A DNA stretch of 63,735 nt, filler included, from Licmophora abbreviata (taxonomy: Eukaryota), in assembly GCA_900291995.1 (NCBI GenBank). It is 30 parts of 30 records of this genome, joined end to end, with 100 filler letters (N's around TTAATTAATTAA, not from the genome) between each part and the next. Parts side by side here need not be neighbours in the genome. Positions count along the whole stretch, not along the records: positions 62,167 to 63,735 come from OLMU01006426.1; 29 more parts are not named here. One strand, 5' to 3'. A model generated the notes under the pieces. The model saw only the letters and a list, made by a program, of their open reading frames with translations. It was not told where the DNA came from and made no database searches. The position numbers and the translations under genes are program-made. Each line of letters begins with the position of its first letter. Positions within the stretch are counted from its first letter, which is position 1. Shown here piece by piece: positions 62,167 through 63,735 of the stretch.

Positions 62167-62716
62167 CGAGACGCGACCCATTGTCGATTATGCCGAAGAC
62201 GTGCTCCGGGCAATGGGATTTACCAATGGTGCCATTCACATGGAAGTCATGAACACGAGCCGTGGACCCGTTTTGGTGGAAACCAATTGCCGCTTGCACG
62301 GTGGCAACGCTGCCTGGGTGCGCCCGGTTGAAGAATGCATTGGCTACAGCCAACTTCAAGTCTATATGGACGCCTACCTCAATCATGGATGCAACGAATT
62401 TGCTACCATCCCCGCCCAGCCTACGCACTTGAAAAAGTACTGCCACCAAGTCAAGATGCGCAGCTTTGTCACGGGAACCTTGGTTGACTACGCCAATATG
62501 GACCTCATCCTCCAGTTGAAGTCCTACTCGGACCATGTGTTTCACGTCAAACCAGGCATGCCCGTTCTCAAGACAGTCGATATGCCATCAGTGCCCGGCG
62601 AGGTCACGTTGATCCACGCCGATCCGGACCAACTGGCACGCGATTACGAAACGTTGAATGATATTTTGCGTGAAGGCATATTTCTGATTGCCCGCGGACG
62701 CTTCAAGTACACGTAA
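62167..62716 (+). CDS. ATP-grasp ligase C-terminal part
   Basis: GAIHMEV..GPVLVETNCRLHGG ExNxR signature. Confidence 0.8.
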
Positions 62717-63054
62717 AAACATGTCGATGTCCGAAACCCGCAACCCCCCGCGGTCTTCAAAACAGTACTCTTGTCGAATATCTATATCAATTCTTCATTT
62801 TTTTACTCATATAACATCCTACATAAAACTTCCAGTACAATACACACCCATTCTTCCTTCTCTATCAATATCTCATAGACGGCGCCTCAATGGAAGAAAA
62901 AGAAACGGACACACGAAACAGATCTTTTAAAGTTTTACAGTTAGTAGGTTACATGCATACATTTCAAGTTTGCTCGATGTGAGAGATTAGGTTTAGGGCG
63001 ATTGCGACGCTAGGATGGTTTGTTCCACATTGAGCAAAACGGCGGCCACATGGT

Positions 63055-63732
63055 TCATGTCTTGTTACACCATAGACCACAACCACAACTTGGCAGGACG
63101 TGCTGGATCCAAAAGGAGGGACACAGGTCTGCTCTAGAAACCACCACATCTGACGTTTCCACTTGTTTGGATTGAACGGCACAACCGCCAGATGCCGTGG
63201 ACGACGAAGCAGCGTCGTGTGGCATGCTCACTTGACACGAGGCGACACTGGAACAGTAAAGATGCCTCTTAGCTTGCACCGTGACGTCCTCGGGAAAACG
63301 CGCCTCCGTGCCTGCCTGACAAGCCAAGGCAGATTTCAAAGTCCACCCGTGATCGCCCTCTTGCCCGACAGATTGCAAGGCATTGACGCAAAAGCGGGCC
63401 ACAGCCAACCACGGCACCACGTGTCCACCACGAATTTCCGTGACGGCTTGTCCAGTACCACTGTTGCTGCTCGAACAGTATTTATTTTCCAAAGCATTGC
63501 AGCTCGGGACGAAGCCTGAGGGCACGTGCGCGCGCAATGACAAAGCGGAAACACTTTGTTGTCCCTTGGCGGCTGCACAGGCCACGATCGCCATGCCGTG
63601 GGCATCCTCATTGGGATCGTCGCTTTCTAATAATTGACAAGTAATGCGATTGGTGCCTTGCCGGGTGCACTGGGCGTGTTTTTGATCTAGAACCACCACG
63701 GCACTGGCTGTGTCGTCGCAGAACAATTCCAA
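63055..63732 (-). CDS. Hypothetical protein, probably truncated
   Basis: 225-codon ORF at the window edge; no recognisable motif. Confidence 0.3.
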   Translation of the reverse strand: MELFCDDTASAVVVLDQKHAQCTRQGTNRITCQLLESDDPNEDAHGMAIVACAAAKGQQSVSALSLRAHVPSGFVPSCNALENKYCSSSNSGTGQAVTEIRGGHVVPWLAVARFCVNALQSVGQEGDHGWTLKSALACQAGTEARFPEDVTVQAKRHLYCSSVASCQVSMPHDAASSSTASGGCAVQSKQVETSDVVVSRADLCPSFWIQHVLPSCGCGLWCNKT

Positions 63733-63735
63733 GGC

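Overview
The window is not one locus. It is 30 short contigs (about 1-3.2 kb) joined by 29 identical artificial 100-nt linkers (N44-TTAATTAATTAA-N44), so adjacency across a linker carries no biological meaning. The content is the repeat-rich, unplaced fraction of a eukaryotic genome, most likely a diatom. It holds many Ty1/copia (CoDi-like) LTR retrotransposon fragments and two families of tyrosine-recombinase (YR; DIRS order, Ngaro/PAT-like) retrotransposons. It also holds non-LTR retrotransposon fragments (a CRE-like RT, LINE-like pieces), hAT, IS630/Tc1-like and Helitron transposase genes, and organellar (probably mitochondrial) group II introns in the LSU rRNA gene. A few host genes are present (GT25-like, exostosin/GT47-like, ATP-grasp). 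Several frameshifts sit in homopolymer runs and look like sequencing errors. The most interesting inference concerns the YR retrotransposons. They appear to make Gag-Pol by in-frame UAG readthrough. They also carry phase-matched spliceosomal signals that would excise the whole RT-RNase H region and join the leader to the recombinase frame, which has no ATG near its start. Other highlights are a conserved small KOW/SH3-like ORF coupled to copia gag, a regularly interspaced palindromic repeat array inside a long inverted duplication, and a large ORF with a C-terminal Ulp1-like protease. All family calls come from motif recognition by eye; no searches were run.
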